A DNA stretch of 63,986 bases, filler included, from Trypethelium eluteriae (Eukaryota), in NCBI GenBank assembly GCA_051942245.1. It is 3 parts of 3 records of this genome, joined end to end, with 100 filler letters (N's around TTAATTAATTAA, not from the genome) between each part and the next. Parts side by side here need not be neighbours in the genome. Positions count along the whole stretch, not along the records: positions 23,522 to 46,861 come from JAVECL010000423.1; positions 46,962 to 63,986 come from JAVECL010000601.1; 1 more part is not named here. One strand, given 5' to 3'. Shown in pieces: positions 36,733-48,944 of this stretch. Below the pieces are notes generated by a model, which was given only the letters and a program-made list of their open reading frames with translations, made no database searches and was not told the origin of the DNA. The position numbers and the translations under genes were made by a program. Every line of letters begins with the position of its first letter. The stretch's first letter is position 1.

Positions 36733-37482
36733 CTATTCTAACAACTCTGCTGGTATCGTGAAGCTCTTGTGAATTTCGCCAGATTCACCCTTTGAATTTG
36801 AATAAGTACCAGCCACGCCGCCTTCTTCGGGCTCTGGCACATCTACAAAATCCTTTGGTGGATCAGTGTTGATCTCAATTGTGACCTGGATAGACAAGTG
36901 GACAACCATCAGCGATTTCAGTGAAGTAAGACGGATAGATGAAAACGAGATTTACCGCGCTGTCCTCACAGCGGTAGTCGACACCTACCGGTCCATCGTT
37001 TACAAGACCTACGTCCATCATTGCTTGAAAGACCCCATTCTTGACCTTCTCCTTCGAGTATGCCTCCTCTACCTTAGCAAAGAAATGATCGTACAGCACC
37101 TTGGCCTTTGATCCGCTTGCAGATTTATGGAAATCCGGCTTGTTGCCCTTCTTCGTAGTAGCGTAGAGCGTGAACTGTGAGACACAGAGAATTTCGCCCT
37201 GGATGTCCTGTACATTCTTTTTCCAGCGACCTCCATTTTCATCGTCCCATAATTTGGTCTTCAGGATCTTCGAAGCCATACCATCAGCCTCCTTCTCTGT
37301 GTCATCCTTGGCGACGGCTGCAAAGACGAGCAGACCTTTACCAATCGAGGACACTAGCTTCTCGTCAACAGTGACAGAGGCAGACTTGACGCGCTGCAGA
37401 ATTGCTGGTGAACGGTCAGAGAAGATGTCCGAGCTGATTGGGTTGAATGGGTGGAGGCATGTAAACCTCTAATACCTTTCAT
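36733..37482 (-). CDS. DTD1: D-aminoacyl-tRNA deacylase
   Basis: MKAILQRV.SASVTV, SQFTL, KGNKPDFH, GVFQAMM, NDGPVT. Introns 37405-37475 and 36886-36988 (or 36886-36955). TAG at 36733-36735. Confidence 0.95.
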
Positions 37483-37943
37483 GGCGGTAGAAGAGACGCG
37501 CTGAGCTTAAGTCGACTCAGTACTGGCTGGTCACTGGCGCTCAGCATTGTTCAGCTAGGCATGTCAGTCCAAAAAGGGGTTGTGAAGCCTCGATGCAGAA
37601 GCGATCAATTAGTTGGTGCGCTGTAAAAGAAGACGGCACCTAAGACAGAGAGACCGGGTAGGCGGGTAATTGAGTTATGGTACACAGGACGTCAACCAGG
37701 GATTGTTGCTGTACCGCGCGGTAAAAGCTTATCATTGGTTGTGATAACAATAGCCGCGGCTAGCCCCTGCAAGGCTTCACCTGCACGTCGCGGATGCGGA
37801 CAACACGCTTTATGCCGACTCACCTACAAGACACGACTCTCCCAGCTCCGGAAGAAAACACGCTTGGTTTCTCGTGTCACCGACTTCCTTGACCAACATC
37901 CGTCCTGCACCGTTCATCGGACCTATTGAACAAAGCAGGCGAT

Positions 37944-40177
37944 ATGGCACAACGAAAGCTCCAGCAGGAAATCGTAAGCTGCTCGCCTCTACGAGACAGC
38001 TTTGCAGTTTCTGACAGTGCGTGCAGGATAAAGTCTTCAAACGAGTCGCGGAAGGTGTCGCTACTTTCGAAAGTATCTATGACAAGCTTCAACAGTCGAC
38101 AAACGCGTCCCAGAAGGAGAAATTAGAAGACTCGCTGAAAAAAGAGATCAAGAAGCTCCAAAGATCGCGGGACCAAATCAAATCATGGGCCACACAGAGC
38201 GAAATCAAGGACAAGAAGCCGCTCATTGATCAGCGGAAGCTGATAGAGACGGTAAGTACTGCTTCAAGATGAGTTGCTTAGTAGGCGCATTCTAACCAGG
38301 CTTTGCGGCGTAGCAAATGGAAAAATTCAAGGCTGTCGAAAAAGAGATGAAGACCAAGGCTTTCTCGAAAGAGGGACTAGCCGCAGCGGCGAAATTGGAT
38401 CCCAAGGAGCGAGAGAAACTTGAAATCGCCGACTATTTGAGGAATACCGTAGAGGAACTAGAACGGCAGCTTGAGGCGCACGAAGCTGAGCTAGAATTGG
38501 TACAATCAACCGTAAAGAAGAACAGAAAAGACACTGCCAAAGCAGACCGGATATCGGAGCTCGAGCGGTTAACAGAACGACATAAATGGCATATAGGCAA
38601 GCTAGAGCTTCTACTGCGGGCACTTGAGAACGGCAACGTGGAAACGGATCAAGTCAAAGATGCGCAAGAAGGCATTACCTATTATGTTGACAATAACCAA
38701 GAGGTGGACTTTATGGAAGATGACACAATTTACGATGATTTCAATCTCGAGGAAGAAGAGGACGCATATGGTCTGGGCGGTGACGTGGACAGAGTATCTT
38801 CTCAAGACGCACAATCGGTGCATGAAGACGACAAGGAGCTGGATACGCGTCATGTGGACTCTAAAAAGCAGAAGCAGCCATCAATATCTGAGTCTACAGG
38901 CCCGTCCGCAAGAAGACCTTCTACGCAGTTGAAGTCGCCCCTGCCCCAACTTGCAACATTACATTCCGCCGCACCAGCTACAACAAATGGTGCGCAGAAA
39001 GACCACATGAAGCCCGCACCAATACCTACAAGGGCGCCTGGAGAGGGTCTGAAGTATGCCTCAGCTGCGGCTGCTGCAGCCGCAAGTGACAAGAATGGAA
39101 TCGGAATAGCGCCCCTACCACCACCACCAGGTGCTCAACCCTTCCCCACTTCTGCATTACAACACCCTCCACGAAGGTTAAGCTCCGCCGCCTCGCCATC
39201 GACCGCACCCTCGCAACCCGTATCGGGTTCTCAAACGCCTGCTCAACGCCCAGCCGTACCTGCAGCAGTGGAGACTCCTGCACAACCTCCAGCAAAGTCT
39301 CCAGCGCCCAGTCATGCAAGTGCCGCAGCCGCTAGTGCAGCTGTCAGCAGTGGACCGCCAACGCCACCGCTGCAGGAAAAAGTAGATGTCATAGCAAAGG
39401 TACATTCCGCGGAAGACGGGCCGCGAGCACCAGAAAGTCGGAAGCCTTCTGGTGCTTCAGCTCCACAACCATCGAACGATTCCGGTGTGCCCCTAGTCAA
39501 TGGTGAAACAACCCGCCAACAAGCAGAAGAGCCGGAAGAGGAAGAACCCATCTACCATCTCCCTGCTTCCCTCCAAGACCTCGTCGCGGCTCTCGAGAAC
39601 ACCAAGTCCGCTGCCTCTTCAGTCAACCCGATCGAACCGATCGACGAGCGCCCCCTGGCCGCATCCTACCAGTCCTTTCCCGAAGTTGTCGATGCCGAGC
39701 GGCCTCGGCATTACCGACCATCACATCCCTACATGTACACCCCCCCTTATTACCCACAGGAACCCCTCACAGTGCTTGATGATGCAAGACTGTATAATCA
39801 TATCGAACAAGATACGCTGTTCTACGCCTTCTATTATCGACAGGGCACGTACGAGCAGTATTTGGCGGCGAAAGCGCTGAAGGGCGCGAGTTGGCGATTT
39901 CACAAGATGTATCAGACGTGGTTTCAGCGGCATGAGGAGCCGAAGCAGATCACGGAGGAGTACGAGCAAGGAACGTATCGCTTCTTTGATTACGAGAGTA
40001 CCTGGTAAGTCCCTGATGTCCCTTTTCCGCTTCTACTAAAGCACGCAATTGGTGGGTAGCCCTGCCAAAGCGTGCCACATAGCATCATGAGGATCTGCGG
40101 CTGACTGTTAGTCTAGGATGAACCGTCGTAAAGCGGACTTTAAGTTCGCCTACAAGTTCCTGGAGGATGACCTCTGA
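37944..40177 (+). CDS. NOT5: CCR4-NOT complex subunit Not3/Not5
   Basis: [57 protein letters not shown] box [32 protein letters not shown]. Introns 37974-38026, 38252-38313, 40005-40116. Confidence 0.95.
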
Positions 40178-43100
40178 ACTGGTGGATGTGTCGCGAAGTC
40201 GGGAGTTGGCGCGTGGGTGCAAAACATGCAAAGTTCTCTCGTATGGTAGTCACCTGGAAAGACTGATCCAGTAGCTTGTGGAATTGAAACCTCAAGTACC
40301 TTCCCCTGACAGTAGGTAAATAACTGTACATTGATGTCGCGCGAACCTGTGAGATAGGTTAGAAGGGTCTTCCTGGCTAGGAGGTTATCTCGTAGTTTAC
40401 TAGGTACAAAGGTACCTCCAAGTCCAGATCTTCGACCTGAAGCCACGAGGCTGTCCCTTCATGTGATCGTCACCGTATGCTGGGGCGTGGGGGTCCAAGA
40501 ATTATTAACGGCCTGCTTGTGTCACCCACCTTTGCTCGCAATGATTCCCTGAATGGCTTGGCCAGCTACCCCTGACTCGTGTGCATTTCGACTAATCTCT
40601 CCTTGCAGGAAGAAGCAAAATAAGGTCATCGTGCCCAGGTAATCAGGCGGTTAGGCAGACACCGTGCCTGAGAGGCTCGACGACGTCTGCTCAACGCACT
40701 CCACCGTCTAGTGTCTACCCGAAGTCCAATGTGGCCGTTTTCGTTTTTCAGCCTCCTGCTTTGTTGCCATTGCATCATCAGTCAAAAGGTGTGATTTTTT
40801 CATTCGTCCGGACGAAGAGATTTCAGCCTCACTATTTTTGTATCTGGCGCACATGGTCCTCAATCTGCCAACCGAACGTTTCGAAACTGCAGCAAGATCA
40901 TGGCATCGCCCGTCCGCCCATGAGCTACGCCTTTCCCGGTAGCGAGATGTAAGTCTTTCGTTTCTCGCGTGCGCGGAGCGTGCCATCAGCCATGGATCAG
41001 GGGACTGATAACGGCTGGCCAAAGTATCGGATCATGCGAAACTGCCGCAAATTTTATCCATTTCCGGAACATTTCAGGCCCATCAATTTAGCTGAGCAGA
41101 CTTTACCACTACAATGCGATCTTTCATTGCGGCTAATATGGCACTCGTCAGAGCATTCGACCTTTTCGAGCACGGCTCGAGCCGCTCGGACTGCCGCCAT
41201 GCCTCAGTGCCTCCCTGATCATCGTTTCGGTGAGCTTTGAGGGCGGCCATAATACTTCGAACGTACTCGTTCCAGTTGGCGCGACGGTCGTCCCGAAGCT
41301 GCAGTGCGGAGGGTCCCCTCATTCGGTCGAGCTGAATGTCAAAGTCTTTAGCAACACTAGCTTGGTCTGGCACGGATCTGAGATCCATTGGGGCCATCGA
41401 GATTCTAATTCCCTTCGGTCTGTTGAAGTCGACATCCAGGTACTGGGATCTGCTACGTTATCAGCGGTCAATACGCGGTTTCATAAAGGCTCAGACACCA
41501 TGGTCATGGCTTGCGAGTTGCGAACTTGCGACCGACTCTTGCCTCCCGTAGGCGGACCATAAGGGCCACAGCACGGTCAATGTACTAATTTCTCTGTGCG
41601 TCCGCACATATGGTACCCGTTTCGATGTTGCGTACTTCCGCGGAGTCCACTATGACCATTCGCATATCACCTTATCTTTGAGTGGGACATGTGTGGAACA
41701 TGTCGTCTAAGAGTGCCCTAGAACATCGATCAGTCGTATAAGGACTGTTTTCAGGCGCTAAGATCATCCCCTAAGAGCCACAATCGTCAGCTCAAGTTCC
41801 TCAGATTCCTCAAGCTTGGGTGTACCTGAGCCGTCTCAGAAGGTCCGTATTACAAATCTAAATTCCATCCATGGGTATCAACCTTGATACGCAACATCCT
41901 TCCGACGGATGGGACGGTAGTAGCGTCCGAGGCGAACTGCTTACTGGGGATACCATTAGGGTAGCAAAGATCGTGGTTGCATGTCTCCTAGATCGAATCT
42001 TGCTGTCCAACTTGGAAGCATTGGTCATCTTTGAGGCAAAGCTCCACAATCAGCAAATCGACTTCACCAGGTAGACAGGCTAGATGTCTGAGTCTGGGAC
42101 GGGCCGCGCCAGTCATTTTTCTGCCAGCAACAGTACCTGGCCGGCTTGATCCCTGTTCTTTTGTTTTTCTTGCCCTTGCTTTGAGGGTTGTCTTCTCACG
42201 CACGCTCAGAAATACAGGAAGTCGTGGCTTCCTAGGTAGTGTGGCGAGAGCTGGAGTTTCAGGTGTGGCAAGCGCGTGACCCACAACAACCACAACAAAA
42301 CTAAAAGCCACCTAAGGTACCAGGTAGGTAGGTACCTAAGGTTAGTAGTTTACCTACCTGATCATGTACTTAGGAATTCAATGGCACGGGCTCGCATAAG
42401 GGTCCTCGCTCACGATAGGTCTACCTTGCGACAATCAATTGGCTCAATGTCTACCTGAGGTTACTTAATTTAATAGATCTAGCCATTTGCGCGCACGACT
42501 TCCCTACATAGTAAGTATTAGCTACTTTACTTTTACTGCGAAGTATGATGCATTGAGGCTGTTTGGTGACAGCACTGAGCCAAGAGGCCTTGGAACAGCA
42601 GCAGAGCAAGGCTATCTATGGCTGGAGCTGCTAGCAAGACAATGAAGTTATAGGTAGAGTACCGGAAGAGTAATGCTCAGTGCAGCACAGGCCTGGAATC
42701 GATACGTGGTTACCCTGGCCACACCGGGTGCAACCAAGGGAACCATTTGCAGCCTTTTCCAGCGGCCAGGAAAAGGAATATTATTAGACACTGTAACGTC
42801 GCTGAGGCAATAGCGTTTTACCGCCTTGAATTGCATATTGTGCATACCTTACAGATGCCATTCCTATTCGGCGACCATGCTTTGCAATTGCGAACATTAG
42901 GTGCCTGTCTATTCAACCGAGCTACGTCATCGTAGCGACGTAGATGAGTAAGCAGATTCGGGCTAAACCACCTGCAACTCTGTTAAACATCCATACCTTC
43001 CTCCCTGGTCTTACCGGCATGCACTGAATCAACCCGTGAAGAAGGCTGGTTCCGGGAAAACGGTCCGGCCGCCTTCTAGAAAATACTGCGGAGTTTGTCC

Positions 43101-44352
43101 CGGTCAATGACGAACAGCACCTTGCCCATCGTGGTCCAGCTCCAGCCTTATGAGCCTCCACTTCGGTGACTGTTCTTGAGGGCTAGGGTGGCTTATTCGG
43201 TTGCCTTTCTGCCTAGGAGCATCGCGCCTCTCTCCGCCTCTGTGGACCTCCACCATCTCGTATCCATCTGGCGTGAGGCTGTCATCAATTCTCTCCTCGA
43301 CGGTAACAGCTCCACGTCAGATAACCTCCGACGCTTCTGTCTCAAGCAATTCATTCAAGCTTGAATGGGGGTGAGAGCTGTACAAATATGCTTGTCGATA
43401 CGCCTATCATCTATCTTCTGTGAAGGTGAGCGCCAGGCCAGGTATGAGCCTATGAGCGCGCACGAGCTTGAATCTGCCTGCGTGAGGCACATTCTGGCTT
43501 GCATACCAACACTAGTCTGCTCGAAACTGCGGCCTCAGAAACCCTGCTCACCGCATAAGTGGACAATCCAACAAGCGGTTGGAAGAAGCTTGATAGCTTT
43601 TCTTTTTTGGGCTTCGTCAAAATGCGTTCTGATTCCAGGCAATGCGGCTCTTCTCTCAGCCTTGTGTAACACTTCGTCTTCCGGCCTTTGCGGTCCACCC
43701 ATCGACACAATTTGCCGTGGACTTGAAGCCCCATATTTCTGAAGCTCTTTTATTGGTGTTTCCCCGCGAATCTTGGTAGTTTACAGCATGCCGTCTGCTT
43801 ATGTTTCTCTCATCCTTTTCTTTAAGTGCTTCATCCGTTCTTGGGTGTCTCCCCGACCCGCCTCACTTTTCGTCCTGCCTACCTAGATTGTGCTCTTTCT
43901 GGAAATACTGGTGCAAGCTTGAGAGCACACCGGTGCTAGTTTTGACAATTGCGGTGAAGCTTCTAACGCAACTAACCTGCACCTCACCTAGAATAACGTG
44001 ACTGCCATCACGGCTGGATATCACTCGAGGCCTGTGCGGAACACCTGCTTGGGCGTATGCATCACAATTTAGAGGGCTGTCGACGCTCCTCTGCTTCACA
44101 CCCATACAAATTGATTGTGGCGCCCCTAGTTGCTCCTTCAACAAATCTGGCTTCCTTTGCTTTCTTCAACGTTTGTGTCTGGCGGTTCGCATTTATTCAG
44201 CCTACTCGCCCTACTCCAGCTTGCATCGACACATTCTCATTGACGCTGCTTCCAAGACCTTTCTGCACCATCTCTGCAATATCCTGCAAGTCTAGTTCCT
44301 TCGACCTGGCCAGAAGCAATTCGACGCGCTACCTCGCAGTGTTGAAGACAAC

Positions 44353-45427
44353 ATGAACAGCACAGTACGAGCTCCCAAGACCCAATCGCTAAGCCCTTCC
44401 GAGACTAATGGATCACTTTCAAAGCCTTCGAGGCAGGGATACCCTTCGAGGTCCTACAGCACCTCACAACAATCTCTGTATTCCATGGGAAATGAACCGA
44501 ATACTCACCCCACATTCTCACGCTCAGCAGCTTCCCGTCAGCCACAGGATTGGTCCGCTTACTCTATGCAAGATTCCCAGGGCACAAACTTTACCTCGTA
44601 CCCGGAGCAGTATCCTACATCGCAGTTCCTCACCGCGCAATCTTCAGGCCTCGAGAGCTCGTATTACCAACCATCGGGACTTGGGATTGATACTGGAGCT
44701 CGCTCTTCCGCGTCTTCGACGCAGCATCGTAGTTCTGTAACCGGCTCTACATCTTCAGTCTCGCCCATGGACCCCGTTGGTAGCTTTTACCGCCTCTATT
44801 CGCCTCGCGCGGGCCCAGATGAAGATGCGGATTCCCCTACTAACGATGATTGTAAGCAATTCAAATCGAATTGAAGCTTCTAGGCATCTGGGAGGTAAAA
44901 GGAACTAACTTAGGTGAAGACAGTGTTTACTCGGATGCAGCCCAAACAAGAACCATGTACGAGACCTCACCCTCATACAGTATTGCTACGAGCCCTCAAA
45001 CCCATGGACGAGCTACTCCTTCTCCGAACTACGCTTGTGCCGCGGATGGGAACGCAATGCAAAGGTATTACGATTTGTCATCCTTCCTCTTGGTCTTGGT
45101 ATGCCCTCAAACATTAGTAAATTTTGGCAATCTAATCTCTTCCTTGGTAGCAGTTCCTCCAATAGGTCTCGACAGGCACACGTATGTACTTTCCAGTCTT
45201 GCGACAGGCATCAACGGCCTTTCGCTCGCTACGCCGACTTGCAACGCCATCTCGCCCACGTTCATTATCCTGAGCTTCAGCCTCGCCACGATTGCATCTG
45301 GCCAGATTGCAGGAGACGAGGAGAACGAGGATTTGCGAGACGTGATCACATGTTAGAGCATGTACGCAACTACCACCATATTGACCTTCCAAGGAGAACT
45401 CCGGGAAGGACAGGATCAAGCGTTTAG
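44353..45427 (+). CDS. C2H2 zinc-finger transcription factor (two C-terminal fingers)
   Basis: Ser/Gln-rich N-terminus. Fingers CTFQSC...F.R.ADLQRH..HVH and CIWPDC...F.R.DHM.EH...YH. Introns 44852-44913 and 45065-45150. Confidence 0.82.
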
Positions 45428-46035
45428 ACCCGAATAAAAGGGATCATCCCAGTGAAATTCCTCTAGTGTCTTACTACATCGATTTGGAAGAAGCAATTTC
45501 GGCAGGAAAAGGTCACAAGATCCTTCGGTACCAGCTACGAAGGTCTAAAATTCATTTCCTATGTCGTTCCAGAGCCGAATAAATTATAAGATGTTCACTG
45601 AATGATCTGAACGGCCATGTATTATTGACGATTTGGTTTATTCACACTACCCTATATGCGGATTGGTTCTTGACGGCCTTTGTAATGGAGCGGGTTACGG
45701 TCTTAGGCAGAAACACGACAAAGCACACTCCTTTTGACTATTCGATCGTCATCATACCCTCTAGGTGTCGTGTCAGGGCGTTAGCGGAGTCCAGATAACC
45801 AATCTACGGCATTTTCACATCCACCTTAGCTTCTGAGCCATGTTGTGGTCTCCTCATCTTCCGTAAAAGCAGCCACGTATTGCCCATCCCAGCGACTGCC
45901 CCAAATCGGATCGAGAATCGATCTTGGCCTCTGCCTCAACCGCAGTTTCCTCATTGGTTGCCTTGCTTCTGAAGCCCCGTCGCTTGAATCTGGGGGCCGG
46001 GCACCTTGTATCCCTGCCTACACGTGCTGCAATGG

Positions 46036-46071
46036 TACTCTTACTAGTACTCTGACTAGTACCCTGACTAG
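46036..46071. repeat. Three tandem copies of a 12-mer (TACYCTKACTAG)
   Basis: tactcttactag tactctgactag taccctgactag, read directly. Confidence 0.85.
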
Positions 46072-46169
46072 TAGACTGGCCCATTCTCTCAATAGACACG
46101 GCCCTACCTTGAGGACCTTGAGTGCCCTGAGGCGATTTCTGGCTAACCACAAATGATCCGGGATCCGAG

Positions 46170-46370
46170 TAACAACAGGGCGTATTCATACCTCTCCCCT
46201 GCGTTCCCGTGTTTTCCCGGCGAGGGAGGGAGAGAGAGCGAGTGAACGAGCGAGAGATGCGAGGAACGTACCAACAGGGCGAATCCCCACGCCCTCTCGT
46301 TCCCGTATTTTCCCGACGAGGTAGCAAAACCGCGAGACAGAGAGGAGATGTAAGCAACGTACCAACAGAA
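46170..46370. repeat. Degenerate ~90-100-bp tandem duplication
   Basis: caacagggcg at 46173 and 46272, each followed by cgttcccgt.ttttcccg.cgagg; aacgtaccaacag at 46265 and 46356. Confidence 0.8.
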
Positions 46371-46448
46371 TGCAAATCACCAAACACCCACCGACCATCC
46401 TCACCTTCCCCATTCCAAATTTTATTTGATCTCCCCCCAGCGCGCCTT

Positions 46449-46861
46449 TCACGGATCCACCCCACGTCTCAACTGCCTCAGACACGTCTCCGGCACCGCC
46501 CCCTCGCGCCTATCGCACGCACACGCACAGCCGACGCCCTCGCGCGGGCAGTGCTGGAAGGGCGGATGGCGATAGCCCCAGTCCTCGAACCAGTGCAGCT
46601 GGGCGGGCGCGAGGAACAGCGCGGCGGCGAGCGAGTGCACCGCCGCGTCGCCCCACCGCTCGTAGTAGAAGCCCGCGGTGGCGTCCAGCGCAGCGAAGTA
46701 GCTGCGGTACGCCGCCGAGCGGAAGAAGTCGAGATCGGCCACCTCGAAGTTCGACCAGAAGTGGCAGAGCGACCAGGCGTCCCCCGTTGGGGTGCGCGAG
46801 TGGAAGAGGCGCGCGTCGGACATCAGGGCCCAGCGGAGGGGGAGCGGCGCCCAGGAGGGGG
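46449..46861 (-). CDS. GT15 (KRE2/KTR family) alpha-1,2-mannosyltransferase, C-terminal part (5'-partial)
   Basis: CHFWSNFEVADLDFFRS..Y..YF..LD...GFYYERWGDA.VHSLA, GY.HPPF.HCP. Confidence 0.93.
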
Positions 46862-46961
46862 NNNNNNNNNNNNNNNNNNNNNNNNNNNNNNNNNNNNNNN
46901 NNNNNTTAATTAATTAANNNNNNNNNNNNNNNNNNNNNNNNNNNNNNNNNNNNNNNNNNNN
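46862..46961. other. Artificial contig-joining spacer (N44-TTAATTAATTAA-N44)
   Basis: Identical to 23422-23521; 12-mer at 46906-46917. Confidence 0.97.
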
Positions 46962-47030
46962 GTCCCCTCCCCTTCCCCCTTCCAACACCATTTCCCACCC
47001 AACTCAACTCACCACTCGCCTCCCTCCTAG

Positions 47031-47729
47031 ATCGGCGGCGCCGCGCTCGAGCTCCTCCTCTCCACCCACGCCTTCTGGCGCTCCACCGGCGCCGCCTTCC
47101 GCGCCGCCCACCCACGCACCTCCGCCTCCTCCGGGCCCCGCATGAAAGAGGCGATCGCGAGCGCGCCCGCCGCCCGCACCACCTGGCTGTGCTCGGTCTT
47201 CCTGCTGCTGTACGTGGGCGTCGAAGTCACGCTCGGGGGCTGGATCGTGACCTTCATGATGTCGGTGCGGCACGGGGCGCCGTTCAGCGCGGGCATGGTC
47301 GAGACGGGGTTTTGGCTCGGCATCACAGTCGGGAGGGTGGTGTTGGGGTTTGTGACGCCGAGGGTTGGGGAGAAGCTCGCGATTGCGGTGTACTTGCCTG
47401 TGGCGATGGCGTTGCAGTTGTTGTTTTGGCTGGTGCTGCAGTTTTATGTGGGTGCGGTGGCGGTGAGTCTGCAGGGGTTCTTTCTTGGGCCGTTGTTTCC
47501 GGCGGCGGTGGTGGCGGCGACGAAGCTGTTGCCGAAGCATCTGCATGTTAGCGCGGTTGGGTTCGCGAGTGCGTTTGGAGGAGGTGGTGCTGCAATCTTT
47601 CCGTTCGTGGTGGGTGCCATTGCTCAGGCGAGAGGCGTGCAGGTATTGCAGCCGATTGTTCTGGCGATGTTGGCGGCGGCTTGGGCGTGCTGGATGGCGT
47701 TGCCTCGGATTGGGAGGAAGAGGGATTGA
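47031..47729 (+). CDS. MFS transporter (Bsc6/fucose-permease-like), C-terminal half (5'-partial)
   Basis: FLLLYVGVEVTLGGWIVTFM, GFWLGITVGRVVLG, GFFLGPLFP, GGGGAAIFPFVVGAIAQ. The exon opens after an acceptor at ~47030. Confidence 0.88.
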   Translation: MGGAALELLLSTHAFWRSTGAAFRAAHPRTSASSGPRMKEAIASAPAARTTWLCSVFLLLYVGVEVTLGGWIVTFMMSVRHGAPFSAGMVETGFWLGITVGRVVLGFVTPRVGEKLAIAVYLPVAMALQLLFWLVLQFYVGAVAVSLQGFFLGPLFPAAVVAATKLLPKHLHVSAVGFASAFGGGGAAIFPFVVGAIAQARGVQVLQPIVLAMLAAAWACWMALPRIGRKRD

Positions 47730-48073
47730 GCCAGGGAGAAGGTGATGAGGCTCAAAGGCAAGGGAAGGTTTGAGATGATTCCGTGGCTGAACTTAGACAA
47801 ACTCCAGAAAACATGGCAGCCTCAGTATTAGTCGCTTAGCGAGCGTCTAACAGCATTCGGTAGCACCCAATTTGAAGCCCCTGAACAATACAAAATATCA
47901 CACAAGAAAGCTTTGTGTAGAGATTATACTAGTCATCCATTGCTTAGCTGGCATACCTCTTATATGCGAATCGCTAACCCGAGGATCCAATATTCAGACC
48001 ATGTCCCTGTAGAAATCCAAACTCCATATCGTGATGAATATCCCGATAAATGCTCATAGCTCATGCTGTATCC

Positions 48074-48722
48074 CTAAGATGGCGGTCCCTGGTGATCCCT
48101 AATAGCAAGCTCTTTAGTCTCATCCGTCGGTATTATATCAACTCCGGATGCTTCCTCCATTTCGACGTCCTCTTCTGTAGCATCATCATCAATCCCTTCG
48201 TCATCTGCTGGATCCACCTTTGTCTTCTTGCCGTCGGTCGTCGTTTGTCCATTCGCCAGTGTCGGACCAGTAGTCTGCTTCGCTTGCTTCTGCTTGTACT
48301 CCTTGTAGGTGACAGTTCGCGGGACTACATCAGTGAGGAATTCTAGGTTGTCGAAACGCGCTACGGCATTTGCTACTTTTCACTTAGCCACAACATCTTC
48401 GGAGAAAACATTGAGAACACCTACCAACGTCCTTGTACTGGATATTTCGTCTTGGTTTTCTCTCGGATTTAACGACGTCGTAAGTCTTCTCGGTTAGATA
48501 ATGCATGAACATTTCCGCAGCCACGGTGATTACGAAGGCAGCATTATTAGAGCAGCTGTGTATACTGTCGTCGGCGTTGATGATCTTCTTGACACGGGCA
48601 ACTGCAAATAATCTTAGCATTCAGAAAGCACTTAACGCGTGCACTGCGTTCAACGTACGCGGGAGATTGGCGCTGCCATGGAATTCCGTAGGCTTTGGGA
48701 TCGGATTGTTGTTGTATGGCAT
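48074..48722 (-). CDS. DPB3: H2A-like histone-fold protein, DNA polymerase epsilon/CHRAC subunit (Dpb3/Dls1-like)
   Basis: MPYNN...LP.ARVKKII..D...CSNNAAFVI..AAEMF..YL, RRNIQYKDVANAVAR.DNLEFL.DVVP, acidic tail. Two introns. Confidence 0.82.
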
Positions 48723-48944
48723 CTCGAAATGGCCGTGCCCTCTTTAATTATGGTCGTTTATTAGGAGTGCATATTGAGGGAGAGGTGGTCAATAAGACGC
48801 GTTCGCGATGGTGGGGGAGTGACGGATTGACCAATTCGTCTGCTCCGCTGCCGTTTTGCGGCGGAGAGCCCAACAAAGAGCATATCTCATCCACCTCCAC
48901 CTGAGCCGTCGAACCCAGTTGCACAAGAGCGCAAGCAAGATGCC

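Noticed and set aside
46209..46913. 234-aa + strand ORF running into the gap
   Set aside because: Antisense to the GT15 gene in a GC-rich tract and terminated by the artificial linker.
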